This document shows, one piece after another, positions 50,901 to 63,285 of a stretch of DNA of 64,000 nucleotides. Source of the DNA: Dipteris shenzhenensis (taxonomy: Eukaryota); the NCBI GenBank assembly GCA_047967505.1, contig CM106538.1, one strand, 5' to 3'. The notes below the pieces were generated by a model. The model did no database searches and was not told the origin of the DNA. It saw only the letters and a program-made list of their open reading frames with translations. Every line of letters starts with the position of its first letter. The stretch's first letter is position 1. The translations under genes were made by a program, and so were the position numbers.

Positions 50901-52358
50901 CAGGGCGTGGCTGCACGTCGCAGCCAAGGGCTGCAAGGCGCAGGCCACTGCTGCGGACGCGGCTGCAAGGCAAGCGCAAAGGCGCTGCTGCAAGCGACGA
51001 CCAGCAGGTCGGCCAGCAGGGCCGACATAGCGCACGACGACGACACAAGTCGGCCGACAGCCGACACAGCAAGCGACGACCAACAGGTCGGCCAGGGCCA
51101 AGCCGGCCGACAGGGGTCGGCCGTACTGCCGAGCCCCGCCAGTCTCTTCCTTCTCTGCCCCGCGTGCCCCCGACCTCTTCTACGCTGCTCTTCGAATAGC
51201 AGCATAGGCTGCATTCCGCGCGGGTCTCCCCGTGGCTGAGACAGCTGCACATACGTGTGGTTCTACAAGGTCTCCGGGCAGCGTGCACGTCCGTACCAGC
51301 CCCCCCCCCTTCTTCCGGCTCCTTTTGTTACAGACGAACAAGCAGCAACGGCTGCACTCATCTCCGTACAAGTACAGCCAAAAGGCGGGGTACCGCAGCA
51401 AAGGTATGCAGGTGCTACTGTGGCAGGGCATCACTCAACTCTGAGGCTTAGCTTATGCCGCAAACAGAGTTGAGACAGGTTATTCACTTGGCCAGTGAGG
51501 GTTGACACAGTGTATGCATTGTCAGATTTGCAGTGTGTATGCTTGACACTTGGGCAGAGGTTTATGCTTTTGTCAGTGTGTACCCGCACATGCAGTGATT
51601 GCAGGCAGTTGCATGATTTCTTTGGAAGATTGTGATCCACATTTCACAGGACAAATGCTTTAGCTTGTTGCTGAAAGTACAATCACTTTTGGTACAGATT
51701 TGGTCGATTTTGACCAAGTTTGACTTTAGTCAAATTTGGGGCTTTTGTAGTCTGACCGGCAATCTGTCAAGTGGGAGCACTCTACATGCATCAGGCTATC
51801 TCGTAAAGCACTACTATGCTTTGAAAGTGCAAATTTGACTTACAGTTTTTTTTTGGTCAAAGGTCAATCTTTTTAATTGGAGGTCAAATCTCTGATTTTC
51901 TTCATGCATTCAAAGGGCTTTTGAGCAATCTCACTTCCAAACTGTGAATTCAGTTGGGGGGGAAGTTTCTGAAGCATATGGAGGTCTAAAATCAGAGATC
52001 TTCATCCACAATCAGAGATTCACTGTTTTTTGACAGTCCGGGACTGTCAACCCGCAAGTTTGACCAGATTTCACTGTCAAAAAGGTCAAAAAGTACTGCT
52101 ATTTTTTCAGAAAACAGTTCTGGGATTTTTCTGGAGCACTTTGAAGGAGCTGTACCGCACTTTCGCCAGCAAAAAAGACAGGAACAGATTGCTGTACTGT
52201 TTCTGCAGCAAGTGGGAGAAAGACTTTCAGTCGGTTTTATGCCACTGAAACAGTACCAAGTTCATTTTCTGATCGTACTTCCGCTGCGGGGGAATTTTCT
52301 TGGAGTAACTAGTGCTTAATTGCACGACTACAGGGAGTCAAACTCTATTTTCTTTACC

Positions 52359-55304
52359 ATGAGTTCAGCAGTGACGTGTCGTCCTTGTTTCAGATAAAGA
52401 AGCTCGAAGGAGCTAAAAATTACGACATATGGAGGACACAATGCTACAATGTGTTGATGCAGAAGGACCAGTACAAACCTATAAAGGAGAAGGGTGTTAA
52501 GCCCTCCAACATTACTGATGAGCAGTGGGAGAAGATGGACGGCTTGGCCAGGTCGACCATTATGCTTACAGTTGTTGATTCACTGGTTGTAGGCATCAGG
52601 GATGAACCTACTGCGTGGGAGATGTGGCAACGTCTTGAGGATACTTATGCCAAGAAAAGTGCCACGGGAAAAGCTTACTGGCTAAAAAAGCTTGTTGGTC
52701 TTCAAATGAAGGAGGGGACAGCCATGTCCACTCATATTATTGAGTTTAACAGCATATTCAGCCAGGTGATCAACCAGGGGTTGAAGCTCGATGATGAGCT
52801 GAAAGCTACACTCATCCTATGTTCTCTACCTGAGTCATGGGACACATTCAGGACTTCTACCAGCAACTCAAAAACCATTCTGGTATTTGCAGATGTGGAG
52901 AGTGCTCTTCTACAGGAAGAGATGAACAGAAAGAACAATGCTATTGGAAAGTCAAATGCTTTGAATGCACGCAGCAGGTCCAAAACACGTGGAAAAGACA
53001 AAGAAAGAGAGAGGAGCAAGTCCCGCTCTAAGAGTGATCTTGTATGCAACTATTGTGGCAAGAAGGGACATATTGAGAAAAAGTGTTTTCAAAAGAAGAA
53101 TGACCAGAGAGCCAAAGAAGGCAAGGCTCAAGGCAAGTCTAAGGGCAAAGAAAAAGAGGAGCTGAATGTTACTTATGTTAGTGACAGTGACAGTGGACAT
53201 GAGATATGTTTCACCTCTTCACTGGAGGCTCATACACTTCATGCTGGTGATGGATCAGATATGTTTTCCTGGATTATAGATTCAGGTGCTTCCTTTCATG
53301 TGACATCCTACAGAAATCTGTTTGTCAGATATGCAGGAGGGCAAAAGGGAGTGGTCTTTCTTGGTGATAACCATGCATGTTCTATCATTGGCATAGGTGA
53401 TGTCAGGCTTGTGCTTGAAAATGGCCAGCAGTTAATGCTCAAAGGGGTCAGGCATGTTCCTGAGGTGAAGAAAAACTTGATTTCCACAGGGTTGTTGGAT
53501 GACGATGGTTATCATACCACCTTTGGAAGTCAGAAATGGAAAATCAGCAAAGGGGCAATGGCTATTGCCAGGGGTCCTAAGGTTGATACTTTGTACTCAC
53601 TTCATGCTGGACATTGTCCGCATTCTGATGTAAATGCCACCGAGCTGCCAAAGATTTCATTGTGGCATAGCCGGCTTGGCCATATGAGTATTAAGGGAAT
53701 GGAGCAATTGGCTCATTTTGGTTACTTGCCGAGTCTAAAATATTCAGATTTGCAGAAATGTGAATTTTGTCTCTACGGTCGTCAAGTACAAATACCTCAT
53801 AAGAGAAGGTCAAATCAGAAATTACAGCTCTTGGAGCTAGTACATACAGATGTGTGTGAGATGCCTACACTCTCTTTAGGAGGTTCAAAGTACATACTGT
53901 CATTCATAGATGACGCCACCCGCAAAGTGTGGGTTTACACTCTCAGAAAGAAGAGTGATACGTTCAAGGCTTTCACTAAGTTTGTTGCACTAGTTGAAAA
54001 TGAGACAGGCAAAAAACTGAAAGCCTTACGATCTGACAATGGTGGAGAGTACTTGTCCAAAGAATTTCAAGAATTCTGGCAAAGGGTATCCAAAGGGTTT
54101 TGTCTGCACCATATGATCCTCCACAAAATGGTACAGCTGAAAAAATGTTCAGGACCATTCAAGAGAAAGTCAGATCCATGTTGTCACATGCTGCATTGCC
54201 CCACACATTTTGGGCTGAAGCTGTAAAGACAGCTGTGCACCTTATTAACAGGTCACCAAACAAGAGACTATGTGGTGGTGTGCCTGAACAAGCATGGACG
54301 GGCAAGCCTCCGTCTTACAAACACCTACGGGTCTTTGGTTGTGTCGCGTATGTGCATGTACGCAGGGAGGACAGAACTAAACTGGATCCAAAGTCTCTTA
54401 AATGCATATTCCTAGGTTACGGTGACAAAGGTGAGATGGGCTACAGGATTTGGGATCCCAAGAACAGAAAACTTATACGCAGCAATGATGTCGTGTTTGA
54501 TGAAACCATCATGTTCAAGGAACCTGTTGTACAGCAGGAACCTTTAAAAGTAACTATTGATGATGACAGGCATCATGGGCAACACAGACAGGCTGTAAAT
54601 CAGCCACAAAAGCAGCATAATCAGCCATTAAATGATGCTGCAGCAGATCCTAATGGACAGCCAGTTATGGCAGAAAACATCCCAATGGATGAGGCACAGT
54701 TAGGTGATCTTCCTGACATGCAAATGCAGCCAGGAATCATGGAACAGCCACCTTATCTGGGTGATGAACAGGCTGGACAGCCAGCTCAAGATGATGGTCT
54801 TTGGGTTAGAAGGTCAACCAGACAGACGCGGCAGCCAGAAAGATTTGTTCCAGGCATTGATTATTTGATGCTCACTGATTGTGGAGAGCCTTCATGCTAC
54901 AGAGAGGCTAGGCAGAGGGCAGACAAGGTTCAATGGGATCTTGCTATGAAGTCTGAAATGGACAGTCTTCACAAGAATGGCACTTGGGAATTGGTACCCT
55001 TGCCTACTGGTAAGAAGGTACTGCCATGCAAATGGGTTTATAGACTTAAAGTCACACCTGGTGAAAAGCCAAGGCATAAAGCCAGACTGGTTGCCAAAGG
55101 GTTCAAGCAGGAATATGGTGTTGACTTTGAGGAGATATTCTCTCCCGTTGTCAAGATGACAACACTCAGAACTGTATTAGCATTGGTTGCACATGCAGAT
55201 ATGGATTTGGTCCAAATGGATGTCAAAACAGCATTTCTTCATGGTGATTTACATGAGGAAATTTTTATGCAGCAGCCAGAGGGTTTTACAGTGAAGGGCA
55301 AAAA
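52359..55304 (+). pseudogene. Copia A gag-pol, frameshifted and 3'-deleted
   Basis: ATG 52359 is one base out of frame with ORF 52376-54226; CNYCGKKGHIEKKC, WIIDSGASFH, LWHSRLGH, RSDNGGEY; ~4-bp loss near 54078 relative to element B; RT stops after QMDVKTAFLHG...QPEGFTVKGK. Confidence 0.95.
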
Positions 55305-55431
55305 CCCTAGTCTTATCCATATATATGTGTGTGTACTTGGGGAGGTACCACTCACTCATTGTGATTATCCCCACTATTGTGTGTGCAGTGAGTCTCTCTA
55401 CTCCCTACTCTATCTCCCTCACACTCTATCA
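55305..55431 (+). repeat. 3' LTR remnant of Copia A (first 92 bp missing)
   Basis: Identical to 50455-50581; followed by the TSD. Confidence 0.95.
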
Positions 55432-57088
55432 GATAGAACAGAGGGAGAGAAGAAGGAGACGCAGCACGCGCAACACCAGGGCCCATAAATAAGGGCTAGA
55501 CCCCCCCGAAGGTCTTTATTGCAATAGAATAATACTTTGTACAACTGGCTCATGAAAGAGCATAAGTATGAGTACAATCTTGAATGAATCTGGGAGGCCA
55601 AGGGCCTTTCTTTTATAGACTAGGCCTAGCAAAAAGTTAGGGCCTGTTGTCTAAAAGCTACTTTTACAAAAAGCCAAGCTTTTGGTCTTTTTCCTTCTAA
55701 ATCTAGTGCCTGGAGCTTTTAGGCGCCTTTTAATCTTGTGGGCCCTCCTTTTAATGAGGTGCCCCCTTGTCTTTACTTTTTGAGCCTTAAGGGATCTGCT
55801 TTTTACACTTTCTCCCCACTCTTGGGTTCTTTTTGCACTCTCTTAGGTCCTACACATGGCACAAACAAATTCCAACACTTTAAGCGATTAAAGGTTAGCG
55901 AAATGCATGCATTCCTAGTTCTTGGACTAATCCTAGTCCCTTGTGGGCGTCCCCACAGTTCACTTTTATCAATGCAAAGCAAAAGTAAAAGCAATAAAAC
56001 TTATTCTAGTGAACCAAAGTCAATTTTCTTGAACCAAAGTCAATTTTCTTTGACCATAGTCAATCTCATAACCCTCTAGACTGTGTATCGCACAAAGAAG
56101 AAAAGCACCCAGAGGCAAGTTTATCTGCTATCTTGCCAAGTACCAGAAATATTAGGCAATTGATGCCAAGAGAGGAGGTATCCCCAAGTTTTACAGTTAA
56201 GCTTTTTAGTTGAGGACAACTGATTAGAAGCCAAGGGGATGTCACCAATTGGTATTTCTCCCAAGAAATAAAGAAGAGTCTTCTCTGTTTCTAAGAATCA
56301 ACATAAAATGTATGTAGATACACTTAGAGAAGTTTCCCATCCAATACTCATAATGTCCTTCATTCTTGGCAAATCCACGCCGGAGTTAACTGCTTCTTCT
56401 TTGACTTTCACAAGCCAGACTAGAGATGGTTCTAATGATTGCTTCTTCCGAGGGCTCTATATTCCCCTCGGCTTCTTTGGCTGCAACTCTATCTTTAAAT
56501 CCTAATAAAAAGGAAGCAATAAATCACATGGCCAATATTTGGGCATATCTTACTCATTGACTTCTCATTCATGAGAGGTGTCTTCCTGAAACAAATTCAA
56601 GAATACAGTCCACTTTTCTCCTTTTATTGCCATACAAGGGTTAGGTCTTTAAATAAACATAAGGCAAACTTTATCAACATGGAAGAGATACTTAGCCTTG
56701 TATATTTCTCGGAACCTTTCTTTGACCCCTCGAGTCTTCTCTCATGGAGTGATTTGCAGATATATTGATATTGTTTCCAAGTAGTGTGGACCTCTTCTAG
56801 GAATGGCTTTAGAAAGAACTTTTCTGAAATAGATTCCATTCACTACACAAGTGCTCCCAATTCTCAGTGGTCTTCTTGCTACCAAACATTTACTGTGCTG
56901 GTTAGACATAAACTTGGAGGGTTCTCAACCTTTCCAAAAGGACATATAATTGACATATGACTGTAAAACTTTGTCGCTTTGGCCATAATAATCCATGAGA
57001 AACCATAAGAGTTCTTGTATAAACAAATCTCAATGGAAACTATTGAATAATAGAATCCTAAAGAAAATACTGGGTCAATAATGACCAT

Positions 57089-57292
57089 TGAAAGGGGGAG
57101 AGTAGTGGAAGAGAGAGCAAGGGAGTGAGAGTGAGAGAGAGTGACACTCTAGTGCGGGTGTGAAGAATGATGAGCCACACCACAAACTCACTTATGTTCT
57201 ATTAGGATTAGGTTTACCCTATGACTGTCTTAAGACAGTCATAGGTGTCCTATCTTTTAATGAAGGGTTGGCAATGTGCCTTTACCCCAACA
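57089..57292 (-). repeat. 3' LTR of Copia B
   Basis: 203/204 identical to 63286-63489 (C57199 vs T63396). Confidence 0.97.
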
Positions 57293-57303
57293 ACCTCCCA
57301 CCT
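57293..57303 (-). promoter_or_regulatory. Polypurine tract of Copia B
   Basis: AGGTGGGAGGT on the minus strand abutting the 3' LTR. Confidence 0.85.
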
Positions 57304-57391
57304 AAAGGCCAATGTGCCTAAAGGGGAGAAAAGAATAAAAATTACAGCAATATACAGTTACTGTATACAAGACCATAAAGTAAGAATGGTC

Positions 57392-60300
57392 TCATCCTAA
57401 TCCCATGATGTGGCGGCAATGTGCAAACCGCTCTGTAGGCAAGCTCTTAGTGAGCAAATCTGCAGGATTATCATCAGTGTGCACTTTCACAAGCTCAAGT
57501 CGCTTGTCTTCCAGTACCTCCCTGATGAAATGATATTTCACTTCTATGTGCTTGGTCTTCTGATGAAAAACCGGATTCTTTGCCAACATGATAGCACTCT
57601 GACTATCACAATGCAAAACTGGCATATCTCCTGTAATGCCCAAATCTCCCACCAGCCGAGTAAGCCATATTGCTTCCTTGCAGGCCTCAGTGGCTGCAAC
57701 ATATTCAGCTTCTGTGGTTGACAGTGCAACGCATTTCTGCAACCGAGACACCCATGATATAGCACCTCTTGCAAATGTGAAAATATAACCGGTAGTAGAC
57801 TTCCGGTTATCTGCATTCCCTGCATAATCTGAATCTGTAAAACCATGCACCAATGCATCCTGCCTACCATAGCATATGCACAAGTCTTTGGTACCTTTGA
57901 GATACCTCAAGACACCTTTCACTGCTTCCCAATGCCGCTTGCCTGGATTTGCCATATACCTGCTGATGACTCCCACCGCAAAAGCAATATCCGGACGAGT
58001 GGCAACCATGGCATACATCAGAGATCCAACTGCAGATGCATACGGAACCTTGGCCATTTCAGCCTTATCATCATCTGATCTGGGGCTGTCCTTACTGCTG
58101 AGTTTTAAATGTGGAGGCAACGGGGTACTAATAGACTTCCCCCCCTCCATTTTAAAGCGCTGCAGTACTTTGTCAATGTACTCTTTCTGTGACAGAAACA
58201 AAAGTCCCTTGGACCTGTCACGAGTAATCCGCATGCCAAGAATATGATTTGCATCACCCAAGTCTTTCATGTCAAAAGACTTATGCAATTGTTTCTTCAA
58301 AGCACTAATCTCATGCTGAGATTTACTGGCAATAAGCATGTCATCCACATATAGAATGAGTAGCATCAAACTGCCATCTTTTGCCCGTTTGGTGTACAAG
58401 CAATGATCGGTCTCACACCTATGATACCCTTGGGACTGCATGAAGGCATCAAACTTCTTGTACCATTCCCTTGGCGCCTGCTTGAGTCCATACAAGCTCC
58501 TCTTGAGCTTACACACAAGCTGCTCTTTCCCTTTAACAGCATATCCCTCTGGCTGACTCATATAGATCTCATCATGGAGATCTCCGTGAAGAAAAGCTGT
58601 CTTCACATCCATTTGACATAAATCCATGTCTTCATGAGCAACAAGAGCTAACACTGCTCTCAAAGTAGTCATCTTGACTACAGGGGAAAAAATCTCATCA
58701 AAGTCAATGCCCTTCTCCTGCTTAAATCCCTTGGCAACCAATCTGGCCTTATACCTAGGTAAAGCATTTGAATCCACTTTGACTTTGTAAACCCACTTGC
58801 ATGGCAAAACCTTTCTGCCTGCAGGTAACTGCACCAAGTCCCATGTATCATTTTGAAGTAGGGAGTCCATTTCTGACTGCATGGCTTTCTCCCACTTCTT
58901 TTTCTCTGTTCTTCCCATAGCTTCCTTGAAGCTGGAAGGCTCACCACAATCTGTCAGCATGATAAAATCAGCCACATTATTGGCTCCTGGAACAAACCTG
59001 GCAGGAGGCCGTTGTGCACGGGTGCTCCTCCTAACAAAATGTTCCGGATTAGGCTGCTGTCCAGCCTGTTCTTCATGCATGACGGGTGGCTGTACCACCA
59101 TATCTGGCTGTTCTACAGCCCCATCTGCTGGCATATCTAGTGGTGCATCATTGGCAAAATTATCTGGCTGATTTTCAGCCTGTATACCCTCTTGAACAGG
59201 GTGATCTGCAGTAGGCTGCTGCTGCATATAAATGGGCATTCTTTGCTGTCCAACATCATCATAAATAACCCTCCTGTATTCCACAGGTTGCACGGGTTCC
59301 TTGTGTACACTATCCTCTTTAAAGATGACATCATTGTTGCGTATAATCTTCTGTTTAACGGGATCCCATAATCTGTACCCCATTTCACCTTCGTCACCAT
59401 AACCCATAAAGATGCATCTGATAGACTTTGGATCCAGTTTGGTGCGCAGTTCTTTGCGTACATAAGCAAAGCACTCGCAGCCAAATACACGTAAGTGCTT
59501 ATATGAAGGTGGCTTGCCAGACCACACCTCCTCTGGCACTTTCAACTCCAAAGCCTTGTTTGGCGACCTGTTAATAATGTGAACTGCTGTTTGCACGGCT
59601 TCTGCCCAAAAGCCATGGGGTAATGCAGCATAAGACAACATACATCGAACCTTCTCCTGAATAGTTCGATTCATACGCTCACTTGCACCATTTTGAGATG
59701 CATTATGAGGAGCTGTGAGTTCTTGTTTGATGCCCTTAGCTTGGCAAAACTGCACAAAAGCATGTGACACATACTCACCCCCATTATCGGATCTGAGGCA
59801 TTTCAGCCTACGACCTGTCCGATTCTCAACCTGAGCGACAAACTTCTTGAAAGCATCTAAGGCATCTCCCTTATGCTTCAAGAAATAGACCCACACTTTG
59901 CGTGTGGCATCATCAATGAAAGTAATAAAATATTTTGCACCCCCTAGTGATAACTGTGGCATCTCACACAAATCAGTGTGCACTAGATCAAGTGGTGCTC
60001 TATTCTGGGGAGTTCTCCTCTTATGAGGAGTCACAGAATGCTTGCCAAATATACAATGATCACAAGTAGGCAAATCTGAAAAAGAAAGAGGCGGCAGATA
60101 ACCCAAACGTGACAGTTCTTGCATTCCTTTAACAGACATGTGTCCCAACCGGCTATGCCACAATGAAACCTTTGGCAGCTCGGTTATGGCAACAACATGA
60201 TTACCCACACTGGAAACATAAAGAGGGTACAAGGTATCACTCTTAAAACCCTCAGCCACTACAGTCTGGCCATCAGTAATCACCCATTTGGAATCCCCAA

Positions 60301-61501
60301 ATGTGGTGTGGTAACCACTGTCATCCAATAAGCCAGTGCTAATCAGATTTTTCTTGATTTGCGGCACATGGCGAACACCATCAAGCATAAATGACTGTCC
60401 ATCAGGAAATACTATCTGTATACTGCCAATCCCTGCAATCTGACATGCATAGTTGTTCCCAAGATGAACAACTCCATGAGTACCTGTGTAGGAAGTAAAC
60501 CACTCCCTATGAGGAGTAACATGAAAAGAGGCACCTGAATCCAAGAGCCAGGTGTGCATGTCATGGCCATCAATAACCAAAGCATGTGCTATTACAGCAG
60601 AAGAGCATAAAACATCATGTATGTCACTGTCACTGTCCTCTGCTGCAACATTCACTGCATCCAAGCCATCTGCCTTGGCCTTGCCTTTGCCTTTGCTTGC
60701 ATTTCCTGCATCCTTTGTTTCAGCCTTCTTGGCTTTCTGATCCCGTATGAACTTGACGCATTTCGACTTCACATGTCCCTTCTTGCCACAATAAAAGCAT
60801 TCAATGTCCTTTTTGCCACGGGACTGACTGCGGGATTTGGACTTACTAGCAGATCTCCCCTTCTGCTGAGTCCTGCCCCTGTCCTGTACCTGCAAAGCAT
60901 TTGAAGACTTGCTGCCCGCATTATTCTTCCTGCTCATCTCCTCCATAAGGAGAGAGCTCTCTACATCAGCATAAATAAGAGTGGCATTCGAGTTTGACAG
61001 GGTGGTCTTGAAAGTGTCCCAACTCTCAGGGAGGGTACACAGCAAGAAAGTAGCCTTGAACTCCTCATCAAGGTTCAACCCCTGTGCAATCAGCTGTGTA
61101 AAGATAGCATTGAACTCACTCAAGTGTGAGGTCATAGCTGTACCTTCCTTCATGCGAAGATCGACCGGCTTCTTCAGCCAATAAACCTTACTGGCTGAGC
61201 TCTTTTGGGCATACAATTCTTCTAGTCTTTGCCATAGACCATAAGAGGTCTTTTCAGCCTGTACATTGAACACAAGAGTGTCTGAAATAGTGAGCATGAT
61301 AGCTGCCCTCGCGGACAAATCAAGCTCTTCCCAGTCATCAGCTGCCATGTCAGATGGCTTGACACCCTTCACCCTTATGGGCTTAGCAATCTTCTTTAAC
61401 AGAAGTACATTCAAGCACTGTTCTGCCCATAATGCATAGTTGTGTGCTCCTTCCAGTTTCTTTATGTTCAGAATTGAAGAATCACTTCCCCCTGATGCCA
61501 T
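57392..61501 (-). CDS. Copia gag-pol polyprotein, 1369 aa (gag, CCHC, protease, integrase, RT, RNase H)
   Basis: CFYCGKKGHVKSKC; LLDSGAS; HSRLGH...CDHC; HTD/RSDNGGE/SERMNR integrase; QMDVKTAF and LYVDDML RT; TDSDYAG...EAEY...ADLLTK RNase H. Confidence 0.98.
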   Translation of the reverse strand: MASGGSDSSILNIKKLEGAHNYALWAEQCLNVLLLKKIAKPIRVKGVKPSDMAADDWEELDLSARAAIMLTISDTLVFNVQAEKTSYGLWQRLEELYAQKSSASKVYWLKKPVDLRMKEGTAMTSHLSEFNAIFTQLIAQGLNLDEEFKATFLLCTLPESWDTFKTTLSNSNATLIYADVESSLLMEEMSRKNNAGSKSSNALQVQDRGRTQQKGRSASKSKSRSQSRGKKDIECFYCGKKGHVKSKCVKFIRDQKAKKAETKDAGNASKGKGKAKADGLDAVNVAAEDSDSDIHDVLCSSAVIAHALVIDGHDMHTWLLDSGASFHVTPHREWFTSYTGTHGVVHLGNNYACQIAGIGSIQIVFPDGQSFMLDGVRHVPQIKKNLISTGLLDDSGYHTTFGDSKWVITDGQTVVAEGFKSDTLYPLYVSSVGNHVVAITELPKVSLWHSRLGHMSVKGMQELSRLGYLPPLSFSDLPTCDHCIFGKHSVTPHKRRTPQNRAPLDLVHTDLCEMPQLSLGGAKYFITFIDDATRKVWVYFLKHKGDALDAFKKFVAQVENRTGRRLKCLRSDNGGEYVSHAFVQFCQAKGIKQELTAPHNASQNGASERMNRTIQEKVRCMLSYAALPHGFWAEAVQTAVHIINRSPNKALELKVPEEVWSGKPPSYKHLRVFGCECFAYVRKELRTKLDPKSIRCIFMGYGDEGEMGYRLWDPVKQKIIRNNDVIFKEDSVHKEPVQPVEYRRVIYDDVGQQRMPIYMQQQPTADHPVQEGIQAENQPDNFANDAPLDMPADGAVEQPDMVVQPPVMHEEQAGQQPNPEHFVRRSTRAQRPPARFVPGANNVADFIMLTDCGEPSSFKEAMGRTEKKKWEKAMQSEMDSLLQNDTWDLVQLPAGRKVLPCKWVYKVKVDSNALPRYKARLVAKGFKQEKGIDFDEIFSPVVKMTTLRAVLALVAHEDMDLCQMDVKTAFLHGDLHDEIYMSQPEGYAVKGKEQLVCKLKRSLYGLKQAPREWYKKFDAFMQSQGYHRCETDHCLYTKRAKDGSLMLLILYVDDMLIASKSQHEISALKKQLHKSFDMKDLGDANHILGMRITRDRSKGLLFLSQKEYIDKVLQRFKMEGGKSISTPLPPHLKLSSKDSPRSDDDKAEMAKVPYASAVGSLMYAMVATRPDIAFAVGVISRYMANPGKRHWEAVKGVLRYLKGTKDLCICYGRQDALVHGFTDSDYAGNADNRKSTTGYIFTFARGAISWVSRLQKCVALSTTEAEYVAATEACKEAIWLTRLVGDLGITGDMPVLHCDSQSAIMLAKNPVFHQKTKHIEVKYHFIREVLEDKRLELVKVHTDDNPADLLTKSLPTERFAHCRHIMGLG

Positions 61502-63270
61502 ATCAGATGCGGAAAGTACCTGACTCCTTGGAAGTAAAAAGACTGAATAAAAATTCTGATTTCTCAGAAAAACCTGCTCTATTCAAGAGCCAGAAGCACT
61601 CTCAATGGTGCTGTTTTTACTGTCAGGGAAATCTGCAGCAAAACAGTAAATGACCCTGCAAATACTGTACCTTCTGACACACTGTACTGTGCTCAAAGAG
61701 GCATAAAAACAGTAATTTCAGACTGCTGCAGCTGCTCAACAAGTGCTTAACAGTGCATAATCATCTGACAAACCACAAACACTGCTGTAAACACTGCTGT
61801 ACTGACTGTACTGATCATTTCTCCCATCTCAGATGAGGTATTGCACTGAGTTAAATTGCAGAAACCACTTGGCAAACACCCAAAAAAAAATGACACTTCA
61901 GCCTGTCACAAAACCTGCAACAGTAAATGGGATAAATCCCAAGCAATCACCCTTATACCAAGGGGAGAAAATGCATGTGAAGATCTCTGTCGGTAACCCA
62001 AGTGCTATCAAACAAAGTCTGGGCAAAAGCCCCTTGATCTGACACCTGAATCAAGTGGAGAACACCTCAACACTGAGGTAGCATGCAATATGAGATCTCT
62101 CTGACACTTGTACCTGACAATGTGCAATGCATAGACTGCCCCTGTGTACTCAGTAACAACACAAATCACAAAGTACAAACACCAAGAAGAAAATCTTTTG
62201 AGCACTGTCAACGATGGGCAGTTAGGGACCGAGTAAACTCGATGCGCCCTGACCAAGCGTGGCTCAACTGAGATTTTCAAAGTGCGTACAAAGAATGTGA
62301 CCTGCAACAAATGTCACCAAATGCACTACGGAAACAAAGCAAATGTGTGCTCCCTGGCTACACACTGCCTCAAGGCATATACTGCAAACACATCCAGGCA
62401 AAAGCCCTTTGAAATGGTCACCCAAAACTGAGAATTGCACTCAGTAAATGCATAGAAGCTTCTGCAAAACAAGCATCTGACCTTCCTGAATGACAAGTAA
62501 CTGCGCAAACACCACCACTGTGGCACAAGTCACCTCAAGCGTGAGTGACACGAGAGTACCTGCTGTACCTCAACAAATGCACAGTATACAGCTGAAATGC
62601 TTCAGGAATGTATCAGAAATGCTTCATGTACTGCGCGTACATGCACAAAACAGAGTGCTTCAGCACTATTCCTCTTCCAACAAAAAATGTGTCTGCTGTA
62701 CTTTTCAGTACCTGCAGAGTACCTGCTGTACTTCTGTCCCTGCAGCAGGCACGCTTCCCCCCAAAAAAAAAGTCGAGTCTTTGCAGCAAAGAAAACGAGT
62801 GCCCTGATGTACTTTACTGTACCTGCAGGTAGGTGAAGGACTGCAGGTGAGTCGCCGTACAGTTGTACGGCAGTCCGTACGACTGTACGGCAGTCCGTAC
62901 GACTGTACGGCAGTCCGTACGGCTGCCTCGAAGCAGCTGCGCCGCTGCGCAGCGCCGCCCTTGGAGTAGCGCGACGCCCGAAGAGTCAGCTGCTGTGCAG
63001 CTGCCTGATGCAGCCGCCGCCCTGAAGCTGCCCTGCGAAATGCGCCGCCGCCTTGAAGCTGCCCTGCGAAATGCGCCGCCCTGAAGCTGCCCACGACACA
63101 GCCCGTGCCCTAGCTGCGAAATGCGCCGCCGCGCACCGTCGTCCTGCGCAGGTCGAGCCCGTTCGTACGGTTGTACGGACGACGTACGGCCGTACGGATC
63201 TGTCCGTACGTCCGTACGGAAAGGGTAGGCTAGGGAGAGGAGGCTGGGTAGGGAACGGGGAAGCTAGGTA

Positions 63271-63283
63271 GGCTTTGATACCA
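63271..63283 (-). promoter_or_regulatory. PBS (tRNA-iMet) of Copia B
   Basis: TGGTATCAAAGCC on the minus strand, one mismatch to TGGTATCAGAGCC. Confidence 0.9.
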
Positions 63284-63285
63284 GT

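Larger units (their letters stand above)
50363..55431 (+). mobile_element. Ty1/Copia element A, internally deleted
   Basis: TSD GATAG (50358-50362, 55432-55436); 5' LTR 50363-50581; PBS; gag-PR-IN-partial RT; partial 3' LTR 55305-55431. Confidence 0.96.
49506..56094 (-). mobile_element. Putative older ~1.5-kb solo LTR (49506-50362 plus 55437-56094) split by Copia A
   Basis: TGTGAC... and ...CGCACA ends; TATAAAA (~55612-55618) followed by AATAAA (~55516-55521) on the minus strand. Flanks AACAG/AAGAA are not a clean TSD. Confidence 0.35.

Noticed and set aside
50579-51473. 223-, 217- and 151-aa ORFs (and those at 62490-63271) as extra or env-like genes
   Set aside because: Open in several frames because of high GC and tandem repeats; not conserved as protein between A and B beyond the CGTACG block.
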